Shown here: one piece after another, positions 1 to 9,063 of the stretch
How the letters are laid out: the number at the start of each line of letters is the position of its first letter
Numbering within the stretch: the stretch's first letter is position 1
Assembly (NCBI GenBank): GCA_038859955.1
Contig: JAWCEH010000002.1
Coordinates: 3,306-67,305, forward strand
Origin: Candidatus Bathyarchaeia archaeon
Lineage (GTDB): Archaea > Thermoproteota > Bathyarchaeia > Bathyarchaeales > DTEX01
Direction: 5' to 3'
Length of the DNA: 64,000 nucleotides
The notes under the pieces: generated by a model
Databases searched by the model: none
What the model saw: only the letters and a program-made list of their open reading frames with translations
Told to the model about the DNA's origin: nothing
Position numbers and translations under genes: made by a program

Positions 1-1332
1 CTCATTAATACCTAGTGCTCTTCTTCTTTCCGGAGATAACTTATAAATATCCTCATCAACTGGATCACCCGGTTCGATCTTCTTTTTTATGCCATCAAGT
101 CCGGCCATTAAAAGACATGCAAACGATAAGTAGGGGTTGCATGAGGGATCCACACCGCGATATTCAACGCGCTTATAGGGAGAATACTGCGGTCCTCTTT
201 GGTAAACTGGTATTCTAACTAAAGCAGATCTATTTCTACGTGACCAAACAATATAAATTGGCGCCTCAAATCCTGGTACTAGCCTCTTATATGAGTTTAC
301 CGTTGGACAGCATACTGCCGTTAATGCTCTAGCGTGCTCGAGCAGACCCCCAATAAAGTATCTACCAGTTTGACTGATCTCCGCGTATTCGTCACTCTCA
401 TCATACATAACATTCACTTCGCCCCTCCACAGCGACATATGAACGTGCATTCCACTCGCATTATCCATATAGACTGGTTTTGGCATGAAAGTAGCTATTA
501 AACCATGCCTTTTAGCAACATTCTTCGCAACAAACTTATAGTATATTGTTCTATCAGCAGTCTTTACAAGTGGACCATATTGGAAATCTATCTCAATCTG
601 CCCGGCAGTCGCAACTTCGTGATGATGCTTCTCAATTTTAAACCCAAAGTAATCCTCAAGAACCGCTGAAACCTCATTTCTATACTCAATTGTCGTATCT
701 TCAGGAGGGGGCCTATAATAGGCTTCTCTAGGTCTAATAACATAACCTCCGCTGGAGATCTCTGGTGACTGCGGAACAACTCTAGGGGCACCCCAAGAAT
801 CGCCTTTGCCACCATCCGGACTGACCCAAAGATCCCATACGAGCCTTGTTGGGTCAATTGACGAAAATATAAAATGTTCTAGTTCAGGAGCGATATACTC
901 GTTATAACCCATTTCAGCGGCCGCTTTAACAGCTCTTTTCGCAACATAACCTCTTGGATCAACCTCAGAGGGTTCCTTGCTTCCATACGCCTCGCAGACA
1001 TCTCCTATAATTATGGCGCTCTTCTGATTCTCACTACTAGTCCATGGAAGTATAGCTAAAGTCCTCGGATCAGGTATAAGAACCATATCTGATTCCTCAA
1101 TTGATTTAAAGCCCCTAACCGATGAGCCATCGAAACCTAAACCCGCTCTGAAGGCATTTCCCTCAATGAACTCTCTCGCGGGTATAACCATGTCTTGCAT
1201 TAAACCTCTTATATCAATGAAGGTCGAATGTACCCACCGAACCCTATTCACTCTTAAGATCTCAATAGCATTCTTAACTGCTTCATCGAAGTTATCATCT
1301 TGTTGCAATTGCCAGTCACCGCTTTTATTCAA
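1..1332 (-). CDS. glnA: Glutamine synthetase type I. The C-terminus runs off the window edge, so it has no stop in the window and is absent from the ORF track.
   Basis: Own minus-strand translation in the frame ending at nt 1 gives VRWVHSTFIDIRGLMQDMVIPAREF, MHVHMSLW and CCPTVNSYKRLVPGFEAPIYIVWSRRNRSALVRIPVY, all classic GS-I motifs. In-frame TAA TAA at 1345-1350 bounds the N-terminus. The only upstream start-like codon is TTG at 1330-1332; internal ATGs are also possible. Confidence 0.9.
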   Translation of the reverse strand, partial: MNKSGDWQLQQDDNFDEAVKNAIEILRVNRVRWVHSTFIDIRGLMQDMVIPAREFIEGNAFRAGLGFDGSSVRGFKSIEESDMVLIPDPRTLAILPWTSSENQKSAIIIGDVCEAYGSKEPSEVDPRGYVAKRAVKAAAEMGYNEYIAPELEHFIFSSIDPTRLVWDLWVSPDGGKGDSWGAPRVVPQSPEISSGGYVIRPREAYYRPPPEDTTIEYRNEVSAVLEDYFGFKIEKHHHEVATAGQIEIDFQYGPLVKTADRTIYYKFVAKNVAKRHGLIATFMPKPVYMDNASGMHVHMSLWRGEVNVMYDESDEYAEISQTGRYFIGGLLEHARALTAVCCPTVNSYKRLVPGFEAPIYIVWSRRNRSALVRIPVYQRGPQYSPYKRVEYRGVDPSCNPYLSFACLLMAGLDGIKKKIEPGDPVDEDIYKLSPERRRALGINE

Positions 1333-1440
1333 TAGTTTGCTCTCTTATTACAAGCACATATATAAACTTTTTGCAAGATTTTAAGAAAACTTTTAAATAA
1401 GTTTAATTTATATTGAATAAATGTTCAATTTGAAACGGGG

Positions 1441-1908
1441 GTGAATATATCGCCATCCACAGATGTTGATGAACTAGACCTTCAAATAATCAGGTTATTG
1501 CAAGAGGATTCACGTATAAGCTTTAATAAAATAGCCAGTAAGCTAGACGTGTCTGTTGGAACAGCTTATAATCGCATTAAGAATCTTGAAGAGAAAGGGA
1601 TATTAAAAGGTTACACTGTACTTGTCGATCCAGCAAGAGTTGGATATGGAACAATAGCAATCATATTTATTCAAGCAGAGGGGGCTCATCTAGTAGATGT
1701 GGAAAATGAGATTGCAAAAATTGATAATGTTGTTGCAGTCTACGACATAACTGGAGATTTCGATGTAGCTGTAATAGCCAGGTTTAAGGATAGAACTGGG
1801 TTAAACGCGTTCGTTAAAAAGCTTCTATCTATGCCATATGTTAAGCGGACCGTTACCAATGTCGTCCTAAACGTCGTGAAAGAAGACTTTAGAGTTAAAT
1901 TTTCATAG
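1441..1908 (+). CDS. Lrp/AsnC family transcriptional regulator (HTH plus RAM domain), divergent from glnA
   Basis: DLQIIRLLQEDSRISFNKIASKLDVSVGTAYNRIKNLEEKGILKGY is a typical AsnC-type HTH and is followed by a RAM domain. GTG start preceded by GGGGG. Confidence 0.88.
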   Translation: MNISPSTDVDELDLQIIRLLQEDSRISFNKIASKLDVSVGTAYNRIKNLEEKGILKGYTVLVDPARVGYGTIAIIFIQAEGAHLVDVENEIAKIDNVVAVYDITGDFDVAVIARFKDRTGLNAFVKKLLSMPYVKRTVTNVVLNVVKEDFRVKFS

Positions 1909-2013
1909 TTGTTTGCAATACACTCCACGCACTTTTTATGGATATTTCTTCTCACTCTTTTTTGATTATATCCTACAATAGGCTTCAAAAATCTGTAGTC
2001 CATCACCAAAACT

Positions 2014-2544
2014 TTATATTACTTTCAGCAGATCTGAGCGAGTTATTATTCCAACTAACTCACCCTTTCTCGTTACCAAAACTCCCGGATGCATCTCTAG
2101 CAATGGTCTTACTACGCTAATATCCGTGTCTTCTGATACAGTAGGAAGCGGTGGCTCTATAATCTTCTCAACGGGTTCCTCAGCTATGTTTGGGCTTAAG
2201 TTCTTTACGATCCCCTCCTCAGTTACCATACCAACAACTTTGTTTCCATCAACAACAGGTAGCTGCGAGAACCCATATCTTACCATTATCTCGCTAACGT
2301 TCTTTATCTTCTCCTTTAATGTTGTCGTTATTACTTCACGCGTCATTATTTCTCCACATTTTTTACCGCGCCTACTGGTTAATATCTGCAAAATTTTATT
2401 CACAGTAGATAATCTGGGATCAACCTTCCCACTTTCTATTTTGGCTAAATGAGCCTGAGAAACCCCAACCATTTTTGCAAGCTGACTTTGAGTTAATCCA
2501 GCTTCAAGCCTCATCTTCTTAAGCATTGAGCCAGATATTATCAA
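2014..2544 (-). CDS. XRE-type HTH fused to a CBS-domain pair (putative ligand-sensing regulator)
   Basis: The N-terminus LKKMRLEAGLTQSQLAKMVGVSQAHLAKIESGK is a Cro/C1 HTH. Two CBS-like modules follow (IMTREVIT...LPVVDGNKVVGMVTE and ...VLVTRKGELVGIITRSDLL). Confidence 0.85.
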   Translation of the reverse strand: MIISGSMLKKMRLEAGLTQSQLAKMVGVSQAHLAKIESGKVDPRLSTVNKILQILTSRRGKKCGEIMTREVITTTLKEKIKNVSEIMVRYGFSQLPVVDGNKVVGMVTEEGIVKNLSPNIAEEPVEKIIEPPLPTVSEDTDISVVRPLLEMHPGVLVTRKGELVGIITRSDLLKVI

Positions 2545-2761
2545 AAAGTGATAACCCCCAGTTATAACCCATAAATTAACTTTTTAGAGAGAAATATTTA
2601 TTTTTCTATTTTTAAATCAAGTTCCTACTTTACATTTCATTACAAAACATTTGATTAATTATATATTATAGTACATATTTTTCCCATTCATTATACCGTA
2701 AATTATATATTTAATTACCCTAATAATCTTTCGATGCGTAAATAATGGATGATGCGTCAGA

Positions 2762-3973
2762 ATGAAAAATATAACAGTTATACCTTTAAAAAGCGTTCCC
2801 CTAGAAGAACAAGAGATTGAAATTGTTGAAAGAAAGGGGCTGGGTCACCCGGATACTATATGTGATTCAATAATGAACGAGGTTTCGGTGAACCTCTGCA
2901 AGGAATATATCGAGAAGACTGGAGCAATAATGCACCATAATATTGATAAGTCTCTCCTTGTAGCTGGCGAAGTGGAAGTAAGATTTGGTGGCGGCGTTAT
3001 TAAAAAGCCTATGAAGATGATTTTCGGCGATAGAGCGACATTTGAGGTTAATGGCATTAAAATACCTGTAGCAGAAATAGCCATCCAAACAGCCAGAGAC
3101 TGGTTTAAGAGAAATCTTAGGTTCGTTGATCCGGATAATCACGTAAATTATCAAGTTGAGATACAACCGGGCTCACAAGCGCTCACAGACATATTTAAAC
3201 GGGGTGGAAAAATTCTCGAAGCAAACGACACTTCTGCAGCCGTTGGATGGGCACCTTTAACTAAGACCGAGAGGCTTGTTTTAGACTTGGAGAAGTATCT
3301 TAATTCGGAAAACTTTAAGAGAAGGTTTCCTGAAACTGGTGAAGATATAAAGGTTATGGGCTTTCGAAGACACAGGGATTTAAATCTAACGGTTTCGATA
3401 GCTTTTGTAGATCGTTTCATAAGTGACGAAGAATATTACTTTGAGAAGAAAATGGAAGTCTTAGAAGACATGAAGGAATTCATTGAAAGTAGAAGTGGCT
3501 CCTTTGATAAAATTCAAATTGAGCTAAATACTTTAGATGCACCTGGTAGAGGTGTGAGCGGCATCTATCTGACAGTGCTTGGAACAAGCGCGGATGGTGC
3601 CGATTCGGGGCAAGTGGGCAGAGGCAACAGAGTTAATGGACTAATCTCACTCAATAGACCACAATGCTCCGAAGCTGCAGCTGGCAAGAACCCGGTCAGC
3701 CACGTTGGAAAAATATACAATCTGTTAACTCATAAAATTGCTAATGAAATTTATAGCGAAGTTAGCGGTGTTAAGGAAGTTTACGTGTGGATGCTAAGCA
3801 AGATTGGGCAGCCAATAGATCAGCCAGTCATAACAGCCGTGCAATTAATCGCGGATTCAGAAACATGCTTTGACACCATAAGAAGAAAAGCTGAAGAAAT
3901 AGCTGAATACGAACTTGAAAACATTGATAAGTTCAGTATAGATTTAGCATACGGGAGAATACCAGTGTGCTAG
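2762..3973 (+). CDS. mat: S-adenosylmethionine synthetase, archaeal type
   Basis: About 400 aa. [16 protein letters not shown] near the N-terminus and [17 protein letters not shown] are characteristic of archaeal MAT. Confidence 0.92.
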   Translation: MKNITVIPLKSVPLEEQEIEIVERKGLGHPDTICDSIMNEVSVNLCKEYIEKTGAIMHHNIDKSLLVAGEVEVRFGGGVIKKPMKMIFGDRATFEVNGIKIPVAEIAIQTARDWFKRNLRFVDPDNHVNYQVEIQPGSQALTDIFKRGGKILEANDTSAAVGWAPLTKTERLVLDLEKYLNSENFKRRFPETGEDIKVMGFRRHRDLNLTVSIAFVDRFISDEEYYFEKKMEVLEDMKEFIESRSGSFDKIQIELNTLDAPGRGVSGIYLTVLGTSADGADSGQVGRGNRVNGLISLNRPQCSEAAAGKNPVSHVGKIYNLLTHKIANEIYSEVSGVKEVYVWMLSKIGQPIDQPVITAVQLIADSETCFDTIRRKAEEIAEYELENIDKFSIDLAYGRIPVC

Positions 3974-4096
3974 TCTTTTTAAACAGCAATCCTATTTCTT
4001 CGTCACAATTTTATCGGAATAAAATCAAAGTGAAATGAACATCTTGCAGTTAATTTTTTATAATTCATAAAATTATTAAACCTTTAAGGTGAATGC

Positions 4097-4336
4097 ATGA
4101 GAGCATACATACTTGTGAATTCCGAGCCAGGCATGATATGGAAGGTTGCGGAGGCCGCGCTTAAGATTGAAGGCGTTAAGGAGGCTTATGCCGTAACCGG
4201 GCAATTCGATGATATAGTCCAAGTTGAGTTCGAGAAGATGGAGGATCTCGGAAAAATAATTGAAAGAATTCAGGGCATAAAAGGTGTACTCAGAACGCAA
4301 ACCCTAATAACCATACCACCTCCGTTAAGAGAATAG
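4097..4336 (+). CDS. Stand-alone Lrp/AsnC ligand-binding (RAM) domain protein
   Basis: 79 aa. MRAYILVN...VKEAYAVTGQFDDIVQVEF...IQGIKGVLRTQTLI matches the RAM-domain pattern and there is no HTH. Confidence 0.75.
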   Translation: MRAYILVNSEPGMIWKVAEAALKIEGVKEAYAVTGQFDDIVQVEFEKMEDLGKIIERIQGIKGVLRTQTLITIPPPLRE

Positions 4337-4450
4337 AATAGATTATCGAAAGTCAAAGTAGTAGATAATGGTAAGATAATGCACTAAACTTGAATTCCAT
4401 TTTTAACTAATGTCAGGTCTTTGAAGCTTAAAAATATAAGGATAGCAAAA

Positions 4451-5821
4451 CTATTCGGTTAAGCCTCTCTCGCGCCTCTCTTGAACTGTCTTCTTTATGG
4501 CGAGTTCTATCTGTACGATAGCTGTGCCAAGATAATTACTAGGGTCTAGGGCTTCGTCCATTTCCCTATCAGTTAATAATCTTCTGACATCATTACTTTT
4601 CAAGAGAGCCTCTCTGAAGGATATTTTTTCCGCCAAGCTTTTAATTGCCAACCGCCTTAAGACTTCATGCGCTTCCTGTCTGCTCATGCCTTTCTTTGTA
4701 AGGGCTATCATAACCGCTTCAGAAAGAGCCCTGCCCTCCGTCAAATCGATATTTCTCCGCATTTTCTCTTCATCAACTTCTAAGTTTGAAAGAACCCATA
4801 TCATTAAGTGCAGCATGTAGTCAACCAAAATGCACGCCTCTGGTATAATGAACCTCTCGGCTGATGATTGAGTTAGATCCCGCTCATGCCATGTTGGAAT
4901 GTTCTCCAAAGCGGGAATAACTAGGCCTCTAACAACTTTTGCTAAACCACATATTCTCTCACATATCTCCGGGTTACGCTTATGAGGCATTGTTGAGCTA
5001 CCAACCTGCCTCTGTTTTTCAAAGGGCTCAAAAACCTCTGCTATCTCAGTTCTCTGCAACTCCCTTATTTCAACTGCAAACTTGTCAAGAGTAGATGCTA
5101 TAATTGCTAATAAACATATAAGCTCCGCATGCCTATCCCGCTGAACTATTTGAGTTGAGACCTCAACAGACTGTAATCCCAACCTCATCATAACTAATTC
5201 TTGTATTTTTAAGGCATTCGGACCTAAGCCTGCTTGAGTCCCAACAGCGCCCGTAATCTTACCTACTGTTACACGTCTCTTACACTCTCTTAACCTTTGA
5301 ATATGCCTAGAGACCTCACGCATCCAAACAGCCATTTTGAGCCCAAAGGTTATCGGGAGTGCATGTTGCCCATGGGTACGCCCCATCATTATTGTGCTCT
5401 TGTAGCGATCAGCTAATCTTAGCAACACGAGCTCTAAATCATTTAAACGGCGCTCAATTATATCCAATGCATCTCTAAGCTGTAGAGCTCTAGCAGTGTC
5501 AACAACATCGTAGCTCGTTATGCCTAAGTGAACATAAGCGCCACTTGAGCCACAAACCTCGGCTAATGCCCTAACAAGAGCCATAACATCATGCTTAATC
5601 TCCCTTTCAATTTCTTTTACGCGGCTTACTTTCACATATTTTGTTGAAGCCATCTCTATAATCTTTTCAGCATCTTCTCTCGGGATCTCACCAACCTCGC
5701 TCTGAGCCCATGTAAGTGCAGCCTCAACGTCAAGCATCCTCTGGTAATAGTTCTCTTCCTCAAAAACCTTAAGCATCTCAGGGGTCCCATAACGCCCAGT
5801 ATCGATAGGCAAAATCGGCAT
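4451..5821 (-). CDS. purB: Adenylosuccinate lyase
   Basis: 456 aa. Contains the fumarate-lyase signature GSSTMPHKRNP, and the YGTPEM N-terminus is typical of PurB. Confidence 0.93.
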   Translation of the reverse strand: MPILPIDTGRYGTPEMLKVFEEENYYQRMLDVEAALTWAQSEVGEIPREDAEKIIEMASTKYVKVSRVKEIEREIKHDVMALVRALAEVCGSSGAYVHLGITSYDVVDTARALQLRDALDIIERRLNDLELVLLRLADRYKSTIMMGRTHGQHALPITFGLKMAVWMREVSRHIQRLRECKRRVTVGKITGAVGTQAGLGPNALKIQELVMMRLGLQSVEVSTQIVQRDRHAELICLLAIIASTLDKFAVEIRELQRTEIAEVFEPFEKQRQVGSSTMPHKRNPEICERICGLAKVVRGLVIPALENIPTWHERDLTQSSAERFIIPEACILVDYMLHLMIWVLSNLEVDEEKMRRNIDLTEGRALSEAVMIALTKKGMSRQEAHEVLRRLAIKSLAEKISFREALLKSNDVRRLLTDREMDEALDPSNYLGTAIVQIELAIKKTVQERRERGLTE

Positions 5822-6040
5822 TCACTACACCTCTCTAGTCGCATAGAGCTTTCATAGTATTCTTTTTAGAGTTAGAGGCATATTAATCTTGATACTTATT
5901 ATAATTGCCATTAAAAGGTCAAATTATTCCATGAATATTTAGATAATCTATTTTTAAGGATCCTATGAGGAGCTCTTTCCACTTTCATTATAAGTGACGC
6001 TGCTATAAAAAATTGTACTCTAATATAGGAGACTTGAGCA

Positions 6041-7522
6041 ATGGGTGCTTTAATATCGATCATCTCTAAAGATGGAAGAAATGTTATTCCAGAAGCTATA
6101 AAAATGCTTAGTGCACTTAAACATAGAGGCTCTAAGGCGCACGGCATATCAACTGATAGAATGACGAACATCGTTAAAAACTTTGATGACTTTATTGATT
6201 TATCAGACGACGGATCAAGCGTCGTGATGGGTTATAACTTCAGTCAGAATCTTCCAGACGATGCCCCGCAGCCAATTGAGGGAGACAACTTTAAAATAGT
6301 TTTTGATGGCAGAATTTTCTCTCCTCATATTAAAGTTAGAGAAGTCGTTGATTTCATTAAGCAGTTTAGTGACGTTAAGCATGCAATAAGAAATCTTATT
6401 GAGAGAACTGAGGGCTCGTTTTCACTTACTATTCTTAAGGATGGCAAATTATATGCTGGGAGAGATCCCTTGGGTGCAAAACCGTTATATTTCTGTGAGA
6501 GCAAAAAATTCTACGCTTTAGCTTCAGAGCGTAAGGCACTTTGGCTTCTCGGTATTGATAACAAGAATATAAAGTCTTTCCCTCCGGGAAACTTAGCGGA
6601 AATCGATTGTAAGGGCATAATATTTCAGCCAATTAAGCTTTTGGAGAAGCCGAAAATAAAGCCCCTTCCTGTGGAAAAGGCTCTAAAGGAACTTTATAAG
6701 CTGCTGCTAAATTCAATCAGGGTAAGAACGCTTGATTTGGAGAAGGTTTCAATCGCGTTTTCCGGAGGCCTAGATAGCAGCGTAATCGCAGCGTTAATTA
6801 GAGAGAGTGGGGTAGACGCGTTCTTAGTATCAGTGGGATTAGAAGGAACAAAAGATTTAGAGCAATCTGAGAAAGTTGCTAACGAAATTGGTTTACCATT
6901 AAAGACTAAAGTATATACCCTAGATGATGTTGAAAAGGATTTACCAACAGTCCTATGGCTGATTGAAGAAGCAAACGCACTAAAAGCGTCGATATGTATC
7001 CCAGAATTTTGGGCGGCTGAAATATCATCTGGAATAGGCTGCCAAGCTATGTTCTCTGGGCAGGGAAGTGACGAGCTATTCGGAGGCTACCATAAATACC
7101 TTAAAGAATATGCAAAGTCTGCGGATAACGTTGAATGGTCTCTTTATAATGATATGCTCATGTTGTATGAGAGTAGTCTGGAGCCCGAGGAAAAACTATG
7201 TTCATTCCAAGGTTTAGAATCTAGATTTCCATACGTAGATTTTGATTTAGTATCCTTCGCTTTGAGTCTCCCAATATCGCAAAAGATATCGTCTGTAAAC
7301 GATCCTCTGAGGAAAAGAATACTAAGACATCTTGCCGAATACATAGGTTTACCAGAAGATGTTTACCTTACACCTAAAAAGGCAATCCAGTATAGTACTG
7401 GCGTAAGTCAAGCACTTAAAAAAATTGCAAGGAAAAATAAGTTAAAGATGCAGGAATTTATTAATAGGGTATTTCAGAGGATTGAGTGGTCTAATGAGGA
7501 CAGCAATAGTGTATTCAGCTAA
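6041..7522 (+). CDS. Asparagine synthase (AsnB)-like PP-loop protein whose Ntn-amidotransferase-like N-domain lacks the Cys nucleophile
   Basis: PP-loop motif AFSGGLDSSVIAAL. The N-domain is collinear with class-II GATase, but it starts MGALISII rather than MCG. Confidence 0.8.
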   Translation: MGALISIISKDGRNVIPEAIKMLSALKHRGSKAHGISTDRMTNIVKNFDDFIDLSDDGSSVVMGYNFSQNLPDDAPQPIEGDNFKIVFDGRIFSPHIKVREVVDFIKQFSDVKHAIRNLIERTEGSFSLTILKDGKLYAGRDPLGAKPLYFCESKKFYALASERKALWLLGIDNKNIKSFPPGNLAEIDCKGIIFQPIKLLEKPKIKPLPVEKALKELYKLLLNSIRVRTLDLEKVSIAFSGGLDSSVIAALIRESGVDAFLVSVGLEGTKDLEQSEKVANEIGLPLKTKVYTLDDVEKDLPTVLWLIEEANALKASICIPEFWAAEISSGIGCQAMFSGQGSDELFGGYHKYLKEYAKSADNVEWSLYNDMLMLYESSLEPEEKLCSFQGLESRFPYVDFDLVSFALSLPISQKISSVNDPLRKRILRHLAEYIGLPEDVYLTPKKAIQYSTGVSQALKKIARKNKLKMQEFINRVFQRIEWSNEDSNSVFS

Positions 7523-8549
7523 ATATTTAGAGCATAAAACTGGGATCAGCCACCCAGAAAAACCACAACGCTTGAAAGTTATAATGAATGGTATAATGAG
7601 AAAAAACTTACCTAATAACAGCAGAGTCACCTTAATTGAACCAAGGTATGCAAGCTTAGATGAACTGCAATTGGTCCATACTAGGGAATATATCGATAGA
7701 GTTAGGCTTATTTGTGAGCTTGGAGGCGGCTTGGTTGGCGACGAAACTCCAGTGTCAAGGGAGAGCTTTGAAGTTTCGAGACTAGCTGTTGGTGGCGTAA
7801 TAAAGGCCGTACAAGAGGTTATGTCCGGAAACTTCAATAACGCCTTTGCATTGGTTAGGCCTCCAGGTCATCACGCTGGACCAAACTATTCCATGGGGTT
7901 CTGCATATTTAATAACGTTGCCTTAGCTGCAAAATACTTGATTGAGAGATACGGCTTTAAGAGAATCTTAATTTTTGATATAGATGCGCATCACGGGAAT
8001 GGAACGCAAGAAATATTTTTTGACACCAGAAACATACTTTATGTAAGCATTCATGAGGATCCTATAGATTTTCCCGGAACAGGTTTTGTGTGGGAGGTTG
8101 GTGTTAACGAGGGCGAAGGATGTACTGTTAATATTCCACTCCCATTTGGTTCCGGCGATCCGCCTTACTGGAAAGCTTTCAAGACGATCGTTCTACCAGT
8201 AATTAATCAGTATAGGCCGCAGTTTATATTGATCTCAGCTGGTTTTGATGGCTATTATAGAGATAACGTATCTGAACTAGCTCTGTCCGCTTTTATATAT
8301 CCTAAGCTCTTCCAAACGATGCTTGAAATATCGCATCGTTTGTGCAATGGAAGACTTGTAGCGGTACTTGAGGGTGGTTATAATCTTTGGTTTCTAAAGA
8401 AGATTGTTGCAGCGTGCATTTTCAAAATGGCTGGTTTAGATATTAGGGTCAAAGATAGACGACCACCCATAAACATAGACGCCCAAAAGGGAGCAGATAA
8501 AATAATCAGGAACATAAAAAGAATTCAATCGAGATATTGGTCCCTTTAA
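7482..8549 (+). CDS. Histone deacetylase / acetoin utilisation (AcuC)-type deacetylase
   Basis: RPPGHHA, DIDAHHGNGTQ and EGGYN motifs. It overlaps the upstream gene, so the true start may be the MRTAIVYS Met at 7494. Confidence 0.9.
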   Translation: MSGLMRTAIVYSAKYLEHKTGISHPEKPQRLKVIMNGIMRKNLPNNSRVTLIEPRYASLDELQLVHTREYIDRVRLICELGGGLVGDETPVSRESFEVSRLAVGGVIKAVQEVMSGNFNNAFALVRPPGHHAGPNYSMGFCIFNNVALAAKYLIERYGFKRILIFDIDAHHGNGTQEIFFDTRNILYVSIHEDPIDFPGTGFVWEVGVNEGEGCTVNIPLPFGSGDPPYWKAFKTIVLPVINQYRPQFILISAGFDGYYRDNVSELALSAFIYPKLFQTMLEISHRLCNGRLVAVLEGGYNLWFLKKIVAACIFKMAGLDIRVKDRRPPINIDAQKGADKIIRNIKRIQSRYWSL

Positions 8550-8572
8550 GCAGTATGCCGTCAGGTTTGACT

Positions 8573-8767
8573 TTATTCTTCGATAACCGTTATTGCTCCA
8601 TTTGGGCATTGAGACTCGCATGCTCTACAAAGAAGGCAAGCATCGAGATTAACCGCAACGGATTTCCCATCTCTAAGCTCGTATACGCCAGATGGACAAA
8701 CATCAACGCATGTTCCACAACCAGTACACTTATCAAGATCGATTTCTATCTTTACCATCAAATACAC
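8573..8767 (-). CDS. 2x[4Fe-4S] ferredoxin
   Basis: 64 aa with CTGCGTCVDVCP and CLLCRACESQCP cluster motifs. Confidence 0.85.
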   Translation of the reverse strand: MYLMVKIEIDLDKCTGCGTCVDVCPSGVYELRDGKSVAVNLDACLLCRACESQCPNGAITVIEE

Positions 8768-9063
8768 CTCATAGAGTTTAATTTCAAAAAGGTAGTTTTT
8801 GGGAAATAAAAATCTTATGGAAAATTAATTTAAATATTAGGTGAATATAATGAAAAACTCGAATCTTATGTCAGCCTATGGAGTTAAGTTCATACATCAC
8901 AGGCATTCCTTTTAAATTAAGAGACTTTATTTCCTATAAGGCTATTACAAAATAATATTTAAGATAACGAGACCTATACCACTAGAATCAAAACTGAAAG
9001 TATATCATTACATTTTAGCCAAATATTTTAGCCAATTTTTAATGCCGTCCACATTAATTTAGA

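Noticed and set aside
15-1384. Track ORFs 15..218(+), 588..857(-) and 1166..1384(+)
   Set aside because: All lie inside the glnA coding region, either in another frame or on the other strand. They are shadow ORFs.
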